Origin: an uncultured Christensenella sp.
GTDB taxonomy: Bacteria > Bacillota > Clostridia > Christensenellales > UBA1242
DNA: 64,000 bases
Direction of reading: 5' to 3'
NCBI GenBank assembly: GCA_964434145.1
Contig: CAYSUG010000001.1
Coordinates: 22,933-86,932, forward strand
Translations under genes and position numbers: made by a program
The notes under the pieces: generated by a model
Told to the model about the DNA's origin: nothing
Databases searched by the model: none
The model's input: the letters and a program-made list of their open reading frames with translations, nothing else
Shown: positions 18,542-28,832 of the stretch, piece by piece
Layout of the letters: every line of letters starts with the position of its first letter
How positions within the stretch are numbered: position 1 is the stretch's first letter

Positions 18542-19057
18542 TTATTTCTTCGTATTTTTTGGTGAAAGTATCATTATGATTTGTCTGCCATTGATCTCTG
18601 GCTTGCTAGTCATATCACAGACATCTTGTAACAAATCATAGAACTTGTCCATGATAGGCATTCCCATTTGTGGATTGGCTAATTGCCTACCAAACATTCT
18701 AAGACTAACCTTTACCTTGTCACCAGCCTCCAAGAACTTTCTCACATTCTTGGCTTTGAATGCCAAATCATTGTCGGCGATATTCATAGACAGCTGCATT
18801 CCCTTAACCTCTGCAACCTTCTGCTTCTTTTTTGCCTCCTTCTCCCTCTTCATCATATCAAACTTATGTTTGCCATAATCCATGATACGACATACTGGCG
18901 GAGTGGCTGTGGCTGATATAAGTACTAGATCCAATCCCGCATCTTCTGCCTTGTCTATAGCCTCCTTTAATGATACAACACCATATTGTGTTCCGTCATC
19001 GCCAATCAATCTAACAGACTCAGCATTGATTTGCTCATTAATAAGTAAATCTTTAAT
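18542..19057 (-). CDS. infC: translation initiation factor IF-3 (ATT start)
   Basis: The IF-3 sequence begins at IKDLLINEQINAESVRLIGDDG. An in-frame ATT at 19057-19055 sits 8 nt after a GGAGGT RBS. The longer track ORF (to 19126) adds a non-homologous N-terminus. Confidence 0.85.
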   Translation of the reverse strand: MKDLLINEQINAESVRLIGDDGTQYGVVSLKEAIDKAEDAGLDLVLISATATPPVCRIMDYGKHKFDMMKREKEAKKKQKVAEVKGMQLSMNIADNDLAFKAKNVRKFLEAGDKVKVSLRMFGRQLANPQMGMPIMDKFYDLLQDVCDMTSKPEINGRQIIMILSPKNTKK

Positions 19058-19246
19058 AGTTCCATACCTCCATTCAATATTAAAAAAAGTGGACACAAAG
19101 CCCACTTCTTTTACTAAAAAAACCATGAAAATAAAACAAATTTTTTTAATAATACCTCGCTAGATGACCGCAGTCTCCGTCGGGTGAGAAGTGGAACTTC
19201 TACTTTTTAACGATGTGATTATAACAGATAAATGTCTCCTAGTCAA
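19058..19246 (-). promoter_or_regulatory. promoter plus structured leader upstream of infC-rpmI-rplT (L20-leader type)
   Basis: The minus strand reads TTGACT (19246-19241), 17 nt, TATAAT (19223-19218), followed by a ~150-nt GC-richer leader. Position matches the Firmicute L20 leader. The fold was not verified. Confidence 0.5.
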
Positions 19247-19364
19247 GGGTTTGGAGCAAAATTTTTAACAATTACATAGTTTTTTGTCCAATAACTCAAA
19301 ACAACTAACTTGTAACAATTATTTATCGTACAGACTATGATAACACAAAAACAGCAAATATGCC

Positions 19365-20570
19365 CTACATCATCCAATCAATATATAAGCCGAAACCTTT
19401 TGTCGCATCGTTTAGAAATACGTGTGTAACAGCACCCACTAGTTTGCCTCCTTGAATTATTGGACTACCACTCATACCTTGGACTATTCCTCCCGTCTCA
19501 TTTAGCAGGTCTGGGTCAACAATCCTAATAACCATACTCTTATCATTGCCACTGCTCTTGTAGTTAGTCTTGATAATCTCAATATCATATTCCTTGACAC
19601 CTCTGCCGCCAATACATGAGAGTATCTTCGCCTTGCCAGGTTTAGCAGTAGCCCTGCCACCCACTTCTATCATATCTAGGTCAGAGGAGTAATCCACCAG
19701 ATCATATATTTTGCCAAATGCACCATTATCGCTATTGACATCGAGAGACCCTATAGCATTATCGCCAGCATTAAATACTCCAAGCAACTGCCCTGCCTGC
19801 CCTTTGGCACCAATCTTGACCCCTACAATATTGCAGTCATACACATTGCCTCCAGTTATGTTAAGTGGCTTACCAGTACTATCCAGACTAATAGCATGGC
19901 CTAATGCTCCATAATTAGCTTCAGAATCTACGTAAGTTAATGTTCCTATCCCCATTGCATCTTCCTTCAACCACAGCCCCAATCGATAAGTGCCAGACTG
20001 TGCATCTAGTGCGGGATATATAGTTGTCGTGTAGTTATTACCCTCTCTAACATATCCCACGACAATCCCCCCACCTGCAGAATAGTCGTTCAATACATCA
20101 AGAATATCTGAAACTCCTATTACATCTACATTGTTAATGCTAGTTATAATATCGCCAACTTTGATGTCTGAGGATGCAATGGGAGAGACCTTGCCATTAG
20201 CAGTCAAGATATAGTTACTGCCGACCACAATTACACCCTTAGTATTGATGCTGAAGCCTAATGCCTTGCCGCCAACAAATACTTTGTCATCGACTACATT
20301 AACCTTTAGATTCTTGATGTTAAATATATTAAACAGGTTGTATTTAATAGAATATTCCTCTATAGTATGGTCAGAGTCATCGCTCAGACAAGGAGTAACT
20401 GCATCATCCATAACAAACGAGCTATATGATAATAATTTATCGAATTGACTCCTAGTCAGTGTTACCTCATCATCATACATTAGAATATCAAATGGAAGAA
20501 AATAAAGAATTATAGCGACAAAAATAGAGACAATAACAAATATAACACTTCTTCTACAACATCGCTTCAT
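19365..20570 (-). CDS. spoIVB: SpoIVB peptidase (S55 family, stage IV sporulation protein B)
   Basis: N-terminal TM, a PDZ-like region, GIGTLTYV...YGALGH and GMSGSPII motifs. Start assigned at MKRCCRR after an AGGAGAGG RBS. Confidence 0.85.
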   Translation of the reverse strand: MKRCCRRSVIFVIVSIFVAIILYFLPFDILMYDDEVTLTRSQFDKLLSYSSFVMDDAVTPCLSDDSDHTIEEYSIKYNLFNIFNIKNLKVNVVDDKVFVGGKALGFSINTKGVIVVGSNYILTANGKVSPIASSDIKVGDIITSINNVDVIGVSDILDVLNDYSAGGGIVVGYVREGNNYTTTIYPALDAQSGTYRLGLWLKEDAMGIGTLTYVDSEANYGALGHAISLDSTGKPLNITGGNVYDCNIVGVKIGAKGQAGQLLGVFNAGDNAIGSLDVNSDNGAFGKIYDLVDYSSDLDMIEVGGRATAKPGKAKILSCIGGRGVKEYDIEIIKTNYKSSGNDKSMVIRIVDPDLLNETGGIVQGMSGSPIIQGGKLVGAVTHVFLNDATKGFGLYIDWMM

Positions 20571-20707
20571 CCTATCCTCTCCTATACTCTTTGCTAAGTG
20601 TAGTGTATGCAAAAGATAGAAAAATATAAGCATGTAAAAATAAAAAAGCCCCTATGTCTCTCCATCTAGAAAAATCGATTACATAAGGGACACAAAACTA
20701 TTATGTA

Positions 20708-21874
20708 CTATTTCTTTTTCGATTTCTTTGCCTTGCTGGTGTCATGCACTTGCTTGACTGACTTGATATAGCATCTACGACGCTTGTGGAACTCTCTCTC
20801 AAAGCCATCAAACTGATTCTGAACAGCGATATTATCCTCTAACTGTAATAGAGACTCTGCATATTCTATCTTGTCTTCTATCAAATTATTAAGAATCTTG
20901 TTAAATATAAATGCTGTAACACCCTTCGTCCTATACGCCTCGTCTACCGCGAATAGTGCAAAATCAACAACCTTAGGATGTTTTAACTCTCTAAGTAATC
21001 CAAATATATGTGGACTAAACAACCTTCCCTTCATTTTCTTCATAGAATTGGCAAAATTAGGGAATGCTAAGCCAAATCCAATCAGCTTGTCCTCAGCATC
21101 AACTACAAGACACAGATATCTTAGATTTACCGCCAAGATGAACTGGCTGATAAACTGTTCTTCCAGTTTCTTTGTAATAGGTACGACCCCATACAGCGGT
21201 TCGTAGCAATCGTTAAGTAGCTTGAATATCTGGTCTTTGTATCTATTGACCAAGGTCTTCTTGCTCTTGATCTTCACTTCTCTGAACCCGTATCTGTCTG
21301 CAACCTTCTGAGCTAATCTGGTCGTTCTCTCGTCTATAGTATCTGGAATAAATATCTTGTATTCTATCCAGTCTACATCCTTGACATATCCTAATTTCTC
21401 CAAATGCTCCTTGTAATAAGGATAGTAGTAGTTCTCCTCATAGGTAGACATCTGGTCAAAGCCCTCTATAAGCAAACCTTCTCGCTCTAGGTCATTGAAT
21501 CCAAGGGGACCGTGCACTGCCTCCATATGCTTCTTCCTAGCCCATTTCTCTACCGCAGCAAATAGTGCCTTCGACACTTCCATATCGTCAACAAAATCGA
21601 CACGAGAGAATCTCACCATCTTTTTGCCAGTCTTCTTATTGCTAGCGCGCTGTAATATTCCTGCAATTCTGCCAGCTACCTTACCGTCCTTGTACGCCAG
21701 ATAATACACAGTCTCGCAATCGTCATAGTTTGCATTCTTCTTAGGACTGAATATACACATCTCGTCACTAATAATAGGTGGAACGAAATAAGAACAATCC
21801 TTATATAACTGCAGCTGGAAATTAACAAATATCTTCTGCTGTCTCTTAGTCTTAACTTCTACAATCTCTACCAT
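20708..21874 (-). CDS. putative GNAT-like N-acyltransferase family protein
   Basis: 388 aa. Segments such as YYLAYKDGKVAGRIAGIL and VDEAYRTKGVTAFIF resemble an acyl-CoA N-acyltransferase fold. The assignment is tentative. Confidence 0.4.
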   Translation of the reverse strand: MVEIVEVKTKRQQKIFVNFQLQLYKDCSYFVPPIISDEMCIFSPKKNANYDDCETVYYLAYKDGKVAGRIAGILQRASNKKTGKKMVRFSRVDFVDDMEVSKALFAAVEKWARKKHMEAVHGPLGFNDLEREGLLIEGFDQMSTYEENYYYPYYKEHLEKLGYVKDVDWIEYKIFIPDTIDERTTRLAQKVADRYGFREVKIKSKKTLVNRYKDQIFKLLNDCYEPLYGVVPITKKLEEQFISQFILAVNLRYLCLVVDAEDKLIGFGLAFPNFANSMKKMKGRLFSPHIFGLLRELKHPKVVDFALFAVDEAYRTKGVTAFIFNKILNNLIEDKIEYAESLLQLEDNIAVQNQFDGFEREFHKRRRCYIKSVKQVHDTSKAKKSKKK

Positions 21875-21920
21875 ATGTGGCCTCTAATCAAATTATAAAT
21901 ACAAGATATTTTATACTTAT

Positions 21921-22352
21921 TTAGCACTTATTGTCAATTAAATTATCCGATGAATTGATAAATAATCTCTGACCTACGAATAGTTTAGTCGATTTTAGAT
22001 GATTTAATTTAATTATTTCTGCCACTGTCACACCACACACCCGACTGACACGCTCTATAGTATCTAGGGGACGGACTGTGTATACCTTACCAATGAGATT
22101 CTTGGAAATAATAACATTGTTCTCATACAGCTCAGACGCGTCTACTACTATCCCCATAGCTGCCAGCGATTCTACCGTGTCATTGTTTTTAACTCTACAT
22201 ACAATATCCTTTGGAAAATTGTCTACATAATACACTCCGTCATCCGCACCCTTGGATATAATCTTGGCAGAATAATCGTTATAGAAATTAGTAATAACAT
22301 CACTAGAATCTATAGTATCATCACTGCCATATATAATTCTCACCTTATACAT
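21921..22352 (-). CDS. LysM domain protein
   Basis: C-terminal YTVRPLDTIERVSRVCGVTVAEIIKLNHLKSTKLFVGQRLFI is a LysM motif. Start assigned at MYKV after a GGAGGGG RBS. Confidence 0.7.
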   Translation of the reverse strand: MYKVRIIYGSDDTIDSSDVITNFYNDYSAKIISKGADDGVYYVDNFPKDIVCRVKNNDTVESLAAMGIVVDASELYENNVIISKNLIGKVYTVRPLDTIERVSRVCGVTVAEIIKLNHLKSTKLFVGQRLFINSSDNLIDNKC

Positions 22353-22480
22353 TATCCCCTCCATCACACTATAATCTACAACTATAATATGCTCCTATAT
22401 CACAAATAATGTTCTAATAGCACTTAGAAAGTGAGTATATTAGAAATATAGATTATCTATATCTTTGTAATGGAGGTGAT

Positions 22481-24010
22481 ATTATCAAATCAATAGTCAA
22501 ATCACTATTCACAATAACTATATTCAGCGTAGCCACTAGGGCTATGGGATTTCTATACAAGATCGCACTATCTAGAATAATGACTACAGAAGACTTAGGA
22601 ATATTCAATATATCACTCAGTCTCTTTGCTGTCCTTACCACTATTATATGCTCTGGCATATCTATCACTGTATCCAGGTATGTATCTATCAATCATTATA
22701 AGAAGGACAATAAGCAAAATAACGCATTGATGTTCTCTACGTTAGTCTTAACAACAATACTTGCAGTTAGCATCAGCATTTTGTTAATATTAGGTAAAAA
22801 AACTCTCATAGCATTGTTGTCCAACGAGGCTAGCTATGAGTTACTACTAGTCATGATTCCTTGCATAATTATATGTGCTATATACACTCCATACAAGTCA
22901 TATCTGCAAGGCAGAGAGTTATTCTTCCATAGCAGTATAGTAGAGCTAATAGAGCAAATCATTAGGATCGTAGCTTGCTTTGTTATTTATTTCTTGCTAA
23001 AAGATCTGCCAGTACTATACGCACCTACCATTGCCATGGGAATAGCCGCATTAATTAGCACGATCCTAGGGATGTATTATTACAAAAAGGCTGGCGGAAG
23101 ATTTGGCATTAGCAAACCAAAATTGAAAAATCTAATAAAAAAGAGTACACCTATAACGTTAGTCAAACTGCTATCTACAGTCATGATGCCAGTTATCACC
23201 ATAGTGATACCAATGCAAATGATGAATAGCGGATATAGTGCGGAGGAAACATTGTCGCTGCTAGGAATAGCCACTGGCATGACTCTGCCACTACTAAGTA
23301 TTCCTGGCACAATCATAGGATCTCTTGCTATGGCAATACTGCCACAAATAACGACTATGTACGAAGAGAAAGAGCACAATGCATTATCATCGCAGATATC
23401 CCAATCAATGAAATTTACTATCATTGTATCGTTCATAATAGTACCACTATTCATGGCATTGGGAGAGCCAATATGTGAGATAATATTTGCTAATACTCAG
23501 GCTGGAACGCTACTACAGAAAGCCGCATGGGTCATGGTGCCTATGGGGATATCTCAGATAACCAGCACTATCCTTAACTCTATGGGGAAAGAAAAGAACT
23601 CGTTCATCTATTACATAGTTAGTGGTGTGTTTTTGGCAATATGCATAGTCTTTTTGCCACAATATATAGGCATAGAGTCAGTAATATGGGGACTCGGTGC
23701 CAGCAGCATTGTAGTATCTATTCTCAATATCTGGAAGATAAAGAAGACTTTGGGTGGCAAATATCATATATTACCACTAGTCATTGGGTGCAGTATTATA
23801 ACTCTTGCTACAGCACTGCTAACTACATATGTGTATAATATAATTAACAGTATCCTTAGTATAACTATCATTAATATTGGGTTATCAGCAGTAGTCGGTC
23901 TGACAGCATTTATCTTGCTTGCATTCGCATTTGGACTAATAGATGCAAAAATCGTAAAAGATATAATGCACAAAATTTCTAGAAGAAAAAATAAATTAAA
24001 AAATTGTTAA
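22481..24010 (+). CDS. SpoVB-like / MOP-superfamily polysaccharide (lipid II-type) flippase
   Basis: About 14 predicted TM segments. The first ATG is at 22544, but the frame is open upstream and encodes IKSIVKSLFTITIFSVATRA. A GGAGGTG RBS lies at 22472-22478, so a non-ATG start near 22481 (ATT) is suggested. Confidence 0.6.
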   Translation: MIKSIVKSLFTITIFSVATRAMGFLYKIALSRIMTTEDLGIFNISLSLFAVLTTIICSGISITVSRYVSINHYKKDNKQNNALMFSTLVLTTILAVSISILLILGKKTLIALLSNEASYELLLVMIPCIIICAIYTPYKSYLQGRELFFHSSIVELIEQIIRIVACFVIYFLLKDLPVLYAPTIAMGIAALISTILGMYYYKKAGGRFGISKPKLKNLIKKSTPITLVKLLSTVMMPVITIVIPMQMMNSGYSAEETLSLLGIATGMTLPLLSIPGTIIGSLAMAILPQITTMYEEKEHNALSSQISQSMKFTIIVSFIIVPLFMALGEPICEIIFANTQAGTLLQKAAWVMVPMGISQITSTILNSMGKEKNSFIYYIVSGVFLAICIVFLPQYIGIESVIWGLGASSIVVSILNIWKIKKTLGGKYHILPLVIGCSIITLATALLTTYVYNIINSILSITIINIGLSAVVGLTAFILLAFAFGLIDAKIVKDIMHKISRRKNKLKNC

Positions 24011-24035
24011 AACTATTTGAATAAGTATTATTATA

Positions 24036-24773
24036 TTGGCAACAATACAATACATGACATTCACAATAATATTAAGAAGTATAATAATATACGTTTTGGT
24101 GCTATTCTTACTCAGAATAATGGGAAAGAGGCAGATAGGCCAGATGCAGCCATATGAGTTCGTGATCACTCTAATCATTGCAGATCTAGCGACAGTTCCA
24201 ATGAGCGACACTGCCCTACCATTACTGCACGGTGTTATTCCATTGCTTACTCTAGTATGCCTGCACTTTATCTTCACCTTCTTAGAGAAAAAATCTATCG
24301 GGGTAAGAAAATTATTGAACGGCAAACCGGTCATACTGATAGACCCAGATGGAATAAACTATGAGAATCTAAAATCATGCAACATGAACTTTAATGACCT
24401 GCAAGAGGGCTTGAGAACGGCAGGATATTTCAACCTAGAGGAGATCTTGTACGCAATAATACAGACAAATGGAACTATCACAGTGCTGCCTAAGGCAAAG
24501 TACGCACCTCTGACAGCAGACGCTGTAGATGTAATAATAGACGAGGCCAGCCTGCCTATTATCGTGGTTGCAGAAGGAAAGATTATAAAAGAAAATACAG
24601 AGCTAGCTAAGATAAGCAATGATTTCATACTAAATAATATAAAATCTTGTGGAATCAAGTCTATCAAGGACATATTGCTTATGACCATTAACAGCAATGG
24701 CAAAATATATGTCCAAAGCTATAGCGGCACCGCTACCAGTGTGAATGCAGTAGGATACAAGGGAGATTGGTAG
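24036..24773 (+). CDS. DUF421 (YetF-family) membrane protein
   Basis: The segment LRIMGKRQIGQMQPYEFVITLIIADLA is typical of YetF/DUF421. TTG start. Confidence 0.65.
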   Translation: MATIQYMTFTIILRSIIIYVLVLFLLRIMGKRQIGQMQPYEFVITLIIADLATVPMSDTALPLLHGVIPLLTLVCLHFIFTFLEKKSIGVRKLLNGKPVILIDPDGINYENLKSCNMNFNDLQEGLRTAGYFNLEEILYAIIQTNGTITVLPKAKYAPLTADAVDVIIDEASLPIIVVAEGKIIKENTELAKISNDFILNNIKSCGIKSIKDILLMTINSNGKIYVQSYSGTATSVNAVGYKGDW

Positions 24774-24774
24774 T

Positions 24775-25161
24775 ATGAAAAGAGCAATAACCATTATATC
24801 AATCACCACCATTCTTATCGCATTTGCTATAGCAGAACTAATATATGTGAACCAGATCGTAGACTATATGGAAGATAATATCAACGCTATTGCATCGCAA
24901 TACGAGGAGAACAAAGATGATATCACAATACTGGCTGACAAGATTGTAGATATAGACGAATATTGGGATAGCTATGAGAGCATCCTATGTCTAATATTCA
25001 GCCACAAAGACCTAAGTGTCACAACAGATTCCCTTAACAAGCTAATAGCCTATACCAGAAATAACGACTACGACAATGCAATAGCAGAGCTAGAAATGTT
25101 GAAGACATTGGTAGAGAAGAATCATCACATAATGGGATTCAATATACACAATGTTTTATGA
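24775..25161 (+). CDS. DUF4363-like small membrane-anchored protein
   Basis: 128 aa with an N-terminal TM, translationally coupled to the DUF421 gene. This pairing is common in Clostridia. Confidence 0.5.
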   Translation: MKRAITIISITTILIAFAIAELIYVNQIVDYMEDNINAIASQYEENKDDITILADKIVDIDEYWDSYESILCLIFSHKDLSVTTDSLNKLIAYTRNNDYDNAIAELEMLKTLVEKNHHIMGFNIHNVL

Positions 25162-25165
25162 TACT

Positions 25166-25219
25166 ACAAAAAAAATACTTGGTTTGATTATATTTTAATA
25201 ATCCCAAGTATTTTTTTTA
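25166..25219. terminator. bidirectional terminator
   Basis: AATACTTGG...CCAAGTATT hairpin flanked by an A-run and a T-run. Confidence 0.6.
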
Positions 25220-25240
25220 TGTTATATTGATTATATTATC

Positions 25241-25512
25241 GGAAGTTGTAGGAAAGCAGAGCGAAGCAATATTTTCATACAACTGATGTTTATTCAATCT
25301 ATGTATAGGCTGTTATAAAACAGCACTAGAACACGCAAGTGTACATTGTTCGACAGAACAACTTACATAGATTATAATCTAGGAAGTTTATACAAAGTAC
25401 CGAAGGGACCTTGATATAAACTGACGACGTTTTCAATCTATGTGTAGCCATTTCCAATGGCTGTAGTGCGTTAGCACTTTGCAACGCCAGTTGCAATAGC
25501 ACATAGATTATA
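25241..25512. repeat. tandem pair of ~140-nt composite structured elements (candidate ncRNA)
   Basis: Unit A spans 25241-25378 and unit B 25382-25512. Each has a GGAAGTT..AACTGA hairpin followed by a 10-bp closing stem, AATCTATGTR...YACATAGATT, enclosing three small hairpins. Details are in findings. Confidence 0.55.
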
Positions 25513-28131
25513 TTATTCACAAGAATAATACATCGTTGTCCAACCTACGCCGCTTTTGAAATTTCTTGCATTTGCTGCTGGATCAGACAAATCTACATCC
25601 TTGACAAATTTAGAATATTCAACATCGCTATATTGCTTCCACCCAGCAGTATTCTCAAATACTAACTCTGTCAAATAATTCATACCACCAAACGCATTAC
25701 GACCAATTCGCTTCAAACTAGCTGGCAGAGTTAACGAGATAAGGCTGGTATTTAAATTGATACAAAATCCATACTTTTCTATCTCTTCCAATTCAGAATT
25801 AGGTGCAAAAGTAATGGAGCGTGTATAACTATTATCATAGAATGCGTATTCACCAATTGTTTTTAATGAGACTGGCAGTACTAGATCTTGAGGTGTTATC
25901 TTGCCTCGGAAGGCATTTTTTTCCACCCTAGTAATACCTTCGACAATATTTGATTGCGGGCATCCTGCTATCAGAATATTGTCAGCTATTGTAACTATGC
26001 TATTACTACCCTCTGGGCAATAATATATAGTATTGGCAGAATCAACTGTTATAGATGACATATTAGTACAATAATTAGTAATTCCATATCCAATCGATGT
26101 GACTGTAGAAGGAATAGTCAAACTCACTAGAGTTGTTGAAGAAAAACAAGAATCACTAATAGTCACCAATGAACCATTATCTAGATCTAACTCTGTTATT
26201 GGCAAGCCGGTAAAAGCCTCATTATGTATGTATACAACGCCAGCACCCACAACCGTATTCTTGCATGCCGCAATTAACCAATTTTCTTGATTTGTTTTTT
26301 GATTAATAACCGCATTACAAGGAACCTCTACCTTGGTTTCTCCTTCATAATAATACGAGTTGGTAGAATAATATTTGTTGCTACTAGATATAATAATTTC
26401 CTCCAAATCATCACATCCTTGCGTAATCGATGTTCCAATTATCCTAGTCTTTGCTGGAATAGTCAGACTAGTTATCTTTGCATTATAAAACGCCCAGGAT
26501 GAGATATAAACCATACTCTCTGGAAGAACTAATTTAGGATCTTCTGGTTCATAGCCAGAACAAGCATAATTAGCTATCTTTTGCAAGCCTTCATACAAAA
26601 TGGTGCCAGAACAAGCAGCCACTAAAGAATAATAGCCATCAGAACTGTATGTAAATATTCCATTACATTCCTCTCCTGTCAGATGATTCTTACTAGTGTA
26701 TTTAGCATTGTTTTCATCAACGAACAGTGATTCTATATTGCTACAACCGACAAAGGCAGAACTGTTAATAGAATTAACACTTGCTGGGATATAAATGGAT
26801 TCAAGACTAGTACACCCATCGAATACATTACCACCTATTGTTGTCAATCCGGTACCCAAATCAATCGATTGCAGATTAGTACAATAATTAAATGCATAGC
26901 TATTGATCACTTCTACACTATCTGGCAGACTAATATGTTGTATTGCAGTACTAGCGAATACACTAGAACCAATAGTAGTAAGTTGAGAACCCTCTGCAAT
27001 AATTACATTTGTTACACAAAATCCACTTAGAGCATAAGAACCAAGAGTATGAATATTCTTGCCAATATATACTGTTGCTGTATTCTTACAATCAGATAGA
27101 AGGTTATTGCCTGACGACTCTGCATCGGAGATGTATGAGATAGGTTTCTTGCCATTAGTCCCGTTATCGTAATAGTCTGGAATAACCACCTCTGTAATAG
27201 TAGGATCTGCTACTGGCACATTCTTGACATAATAGCAGTCTGCCACCTTGTCATAAACAATATTTTCCGGAATATTACATGCCTTGTATACTGGATATAG
27301 CGCTACAGACTCTGCTGCCTTGTAAGGGAAGGTTATAGTCTCTGTAGCATTCTCGCCCACTCCCCAACCTACGAAGACCTCTGTATCACGAACTGGATAT
27401 ATCTTTGGTGCCTCTATAGCAGTCGCAGCTGGCAGTGTAGATGTAATGTATGCAGCATCTGCCTGCAGTCCACTATCATTGGCCATTGCGTTATATGTAA
27501 TGGTGACAGTAGTTATATCCTTTCGGGTCAACGACCAGTTGAAATTACCCGCGATATTGGCATCTGCCAGTATGTTATTAACATCTGCAACAATATAGAC
27601 ATACTTCACATTATATGTGTAGGCGTCACTCATAAGAATCTGTCTAGTATAACTATCTTCTAGAGTTAACGCTGTTCCATCTTGCAGCGTCATAGCGTCA
27701 TAGTCTACAACTGGCTCGTCTGAATATGCATATGATAGAGTGAAGTTATCCGTAATCGTCAACTCATTGGTGTGATCGATATATGCATTAATACTATGGC
27801 TAAGGTTAGTAAATATGTATTCGAACACGATTCTTGAATCTGATACTGCAAGCGTCGTGTCGCTATTAGGCTGAGACAGATTTCCTTCCATAATCTCTGC
27901 ATTTAGCTCTAGATATGTAGAGTCACCGTTTTTAAAAGGATATGTTGTATTATTGTCACGCAAGTTCGCCTCCATCTTAACAAACACATCTGTTGCCTCA
28001 TATTTCATCTTCACTTGCGTATTAGCCGACTGGTTGGACGCAACTAGCACAAGAATTAATCCTGTAATTACGCCAACAACGGCTATGCAGAGTGCAGCTA
28101 TTATTATAACAAGCTTTTTGTTAGAACTCAT
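25513..28131 (-). CDS. large cell-surface protein with BspA-type leucine-rich repeats
   Basis: N-terminal signal anchor (MSSNKKLVIIIAALCIAVVGVITGLILVLV). The C-terminal ~550 aa consist of LRR_5-like units (IP.SV..IG..AF..C..L). Start assigned at 28131 after an AGGAGA RBS. Confidence 0.75.
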   Translation of the reverse strand: MSSNKKLVIIIAALCIAVVGVITGLILVLVASNQSANTQVKMKYEATDVFVKMEANLRDNNTTYPFKNGDSTYLELNAEIMEGNLSQPNSDTTLAVSDSRIVFEYIFTNLSHSINAYIDHTNELTITDNFTLSYAYSDEPVVDYDAMTLQDGTALTLEDSYTRQILMSDAYTYNVKYVYIVADVNNILADANIAGNFNWSLTRKDITTVTITYNAMANDSGLQADAAYITSTLPAATAIEAPKIYPVRDTEVFVGWGVGENATETITFPYKAAESVALYPVYKACNIPENIVYDKVADCYYVKNVPVADPTITEVVIPDYYDNGTNGKKPISYISDAESSGNNLLSDCKNTATVYIGKNIHTLGSYALSGFCVTNVIIAEGSQLTTIGSSVFASTAIQHISLPDSVEVINSYAFNYCTNLQSIDLGTGLTTIGGNVFDGCTSLESIYIPASVNSINSSAFVGCSNIESLFVDENNAKYTSKNHLTGEECNGIFTYSSDGYYSLVAACSGTILYEGLQKIANYACSGYEPEDPKLVLPESMVYISSWAFYNAKITSLTIPAKTRIIGTSITQGCDDLEEIIISSSNKYYSTNSYYYEGETKVEVPCNAVINQKTNQENWLIAACKNTVVGAGVVYIHNEAFTGLPITELDLDNGSLVTISDSCFSSTTLVSLTIPSTVTSIGYGITNYCTNMSSITVDSANTIYYCPEGSNSIVTIADNILIAGCPQSNIVEGITRVEKNAFRGKITPQDLVLPVSLKTIGEYAFYDNSYTRSITFAPNSELEEIEKYGFCINLNTSLISLTLPASLKRIGRNAFGGMNYLTELVFENTAGWKQYSDVEYSKFVKDVDLSDPAANARNFKSGVGWTTMYYSCE

Positions 28132-28267
28132 TACATCTATTCTCCTATAATAATATTGTGCCACAATAAGACACAATTTAACATACATATTTTACATTTT
28201 CTAATACTATTTAGCAAACAAATACAGCAATATTAGAAATTTTGCAAACCTACCTACAACAAAGGCA

Positions 28268-28295
28268 AAAAAACCAGACGCATAGTCTGGCAGTA
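28268..28295 (-). terminator. Rho-independent terminator
   Basis: CCAGACTATGCGTCTGG hairpin plus TTTTTTT on the minus strand. Confidence 0.75.
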
Positions 28296-28303
28296 TAATC
28301 ATA

Positions 28304-28696
28304 CTATTTTTTTCCAATATTGACAGCGATCAATCCAGAGATAGCACCCAATACAGCACCAAATAGGATGTCTGTAATAGTCGTGATGCCAAAAGTTAGA
28401 GTGCCACTAAGAATAGAAAACACTATATAAGACAGTATTGCATACAATATCCCTATAATTAGCCCTTTTAAGAATCCCTTGGTAGAGCCACGCAATGCAA
28501 TAATAGTACCCACTAGTATACTAACCCCTTTGATTACTTGGTTAATAGGAATGATTGTACTATCTGGGATATTAACAAATCTAATAATAATAGCAAATAC
28601 GATAATTAGTATCATTGATATAATAAGGGAGAATATTGTACCCTTGGTTAATTCTAATGCTGTATTAGTATTATGTAGCTTTTTTACTCGTTCCAT
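28304..28696 (-). CDS. small polytopic membrane protein (TIGR04086-like)
   Basis: 130 aa from MERVKK, after a GGAGGAG RBS, with four hydrophobic helices. The family call is tentative. Confidence 0.45.
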   Translation of the reverse strand: MERVKKLHNTNTALELTKGTIFSLIISMILIIVFAIIIRFVNIPDSTIIPINQVIKGVSILVGTIIALRGSTKGFLKGLIIGILYAILSYIVFSILSGTLTFGITTITDILFGAVLGAISGLIAVNIGKK

Positions 28697-28832
28697 AATC
28701 TCCTCCAAAACATACTTAGTAGAGTATATGAAAACATGAAGCCAATATATGCCTTTAAATATGCGAGACTTTTGTCGAAAGAAATATCCACCAACTATCA
28801 TTGGTGGATACAGTTTGGATACAGTTTTGTAA

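Noticed and set aside
23996-24334. 112-aa minus-strand ORF
   Set aside because: It overlaps the well-supported DUF421 gene on the plus strand and has no RBS.
25296-25509. The two four-way-junction units as tRNA or tRNA-like genes
   Set aside because: The closing stems are 10 bp and the internal hairpin loops are only 3-4 nt. There is no D-loop, T-loop (GTTCRA) or 7-nt anticodon loop.
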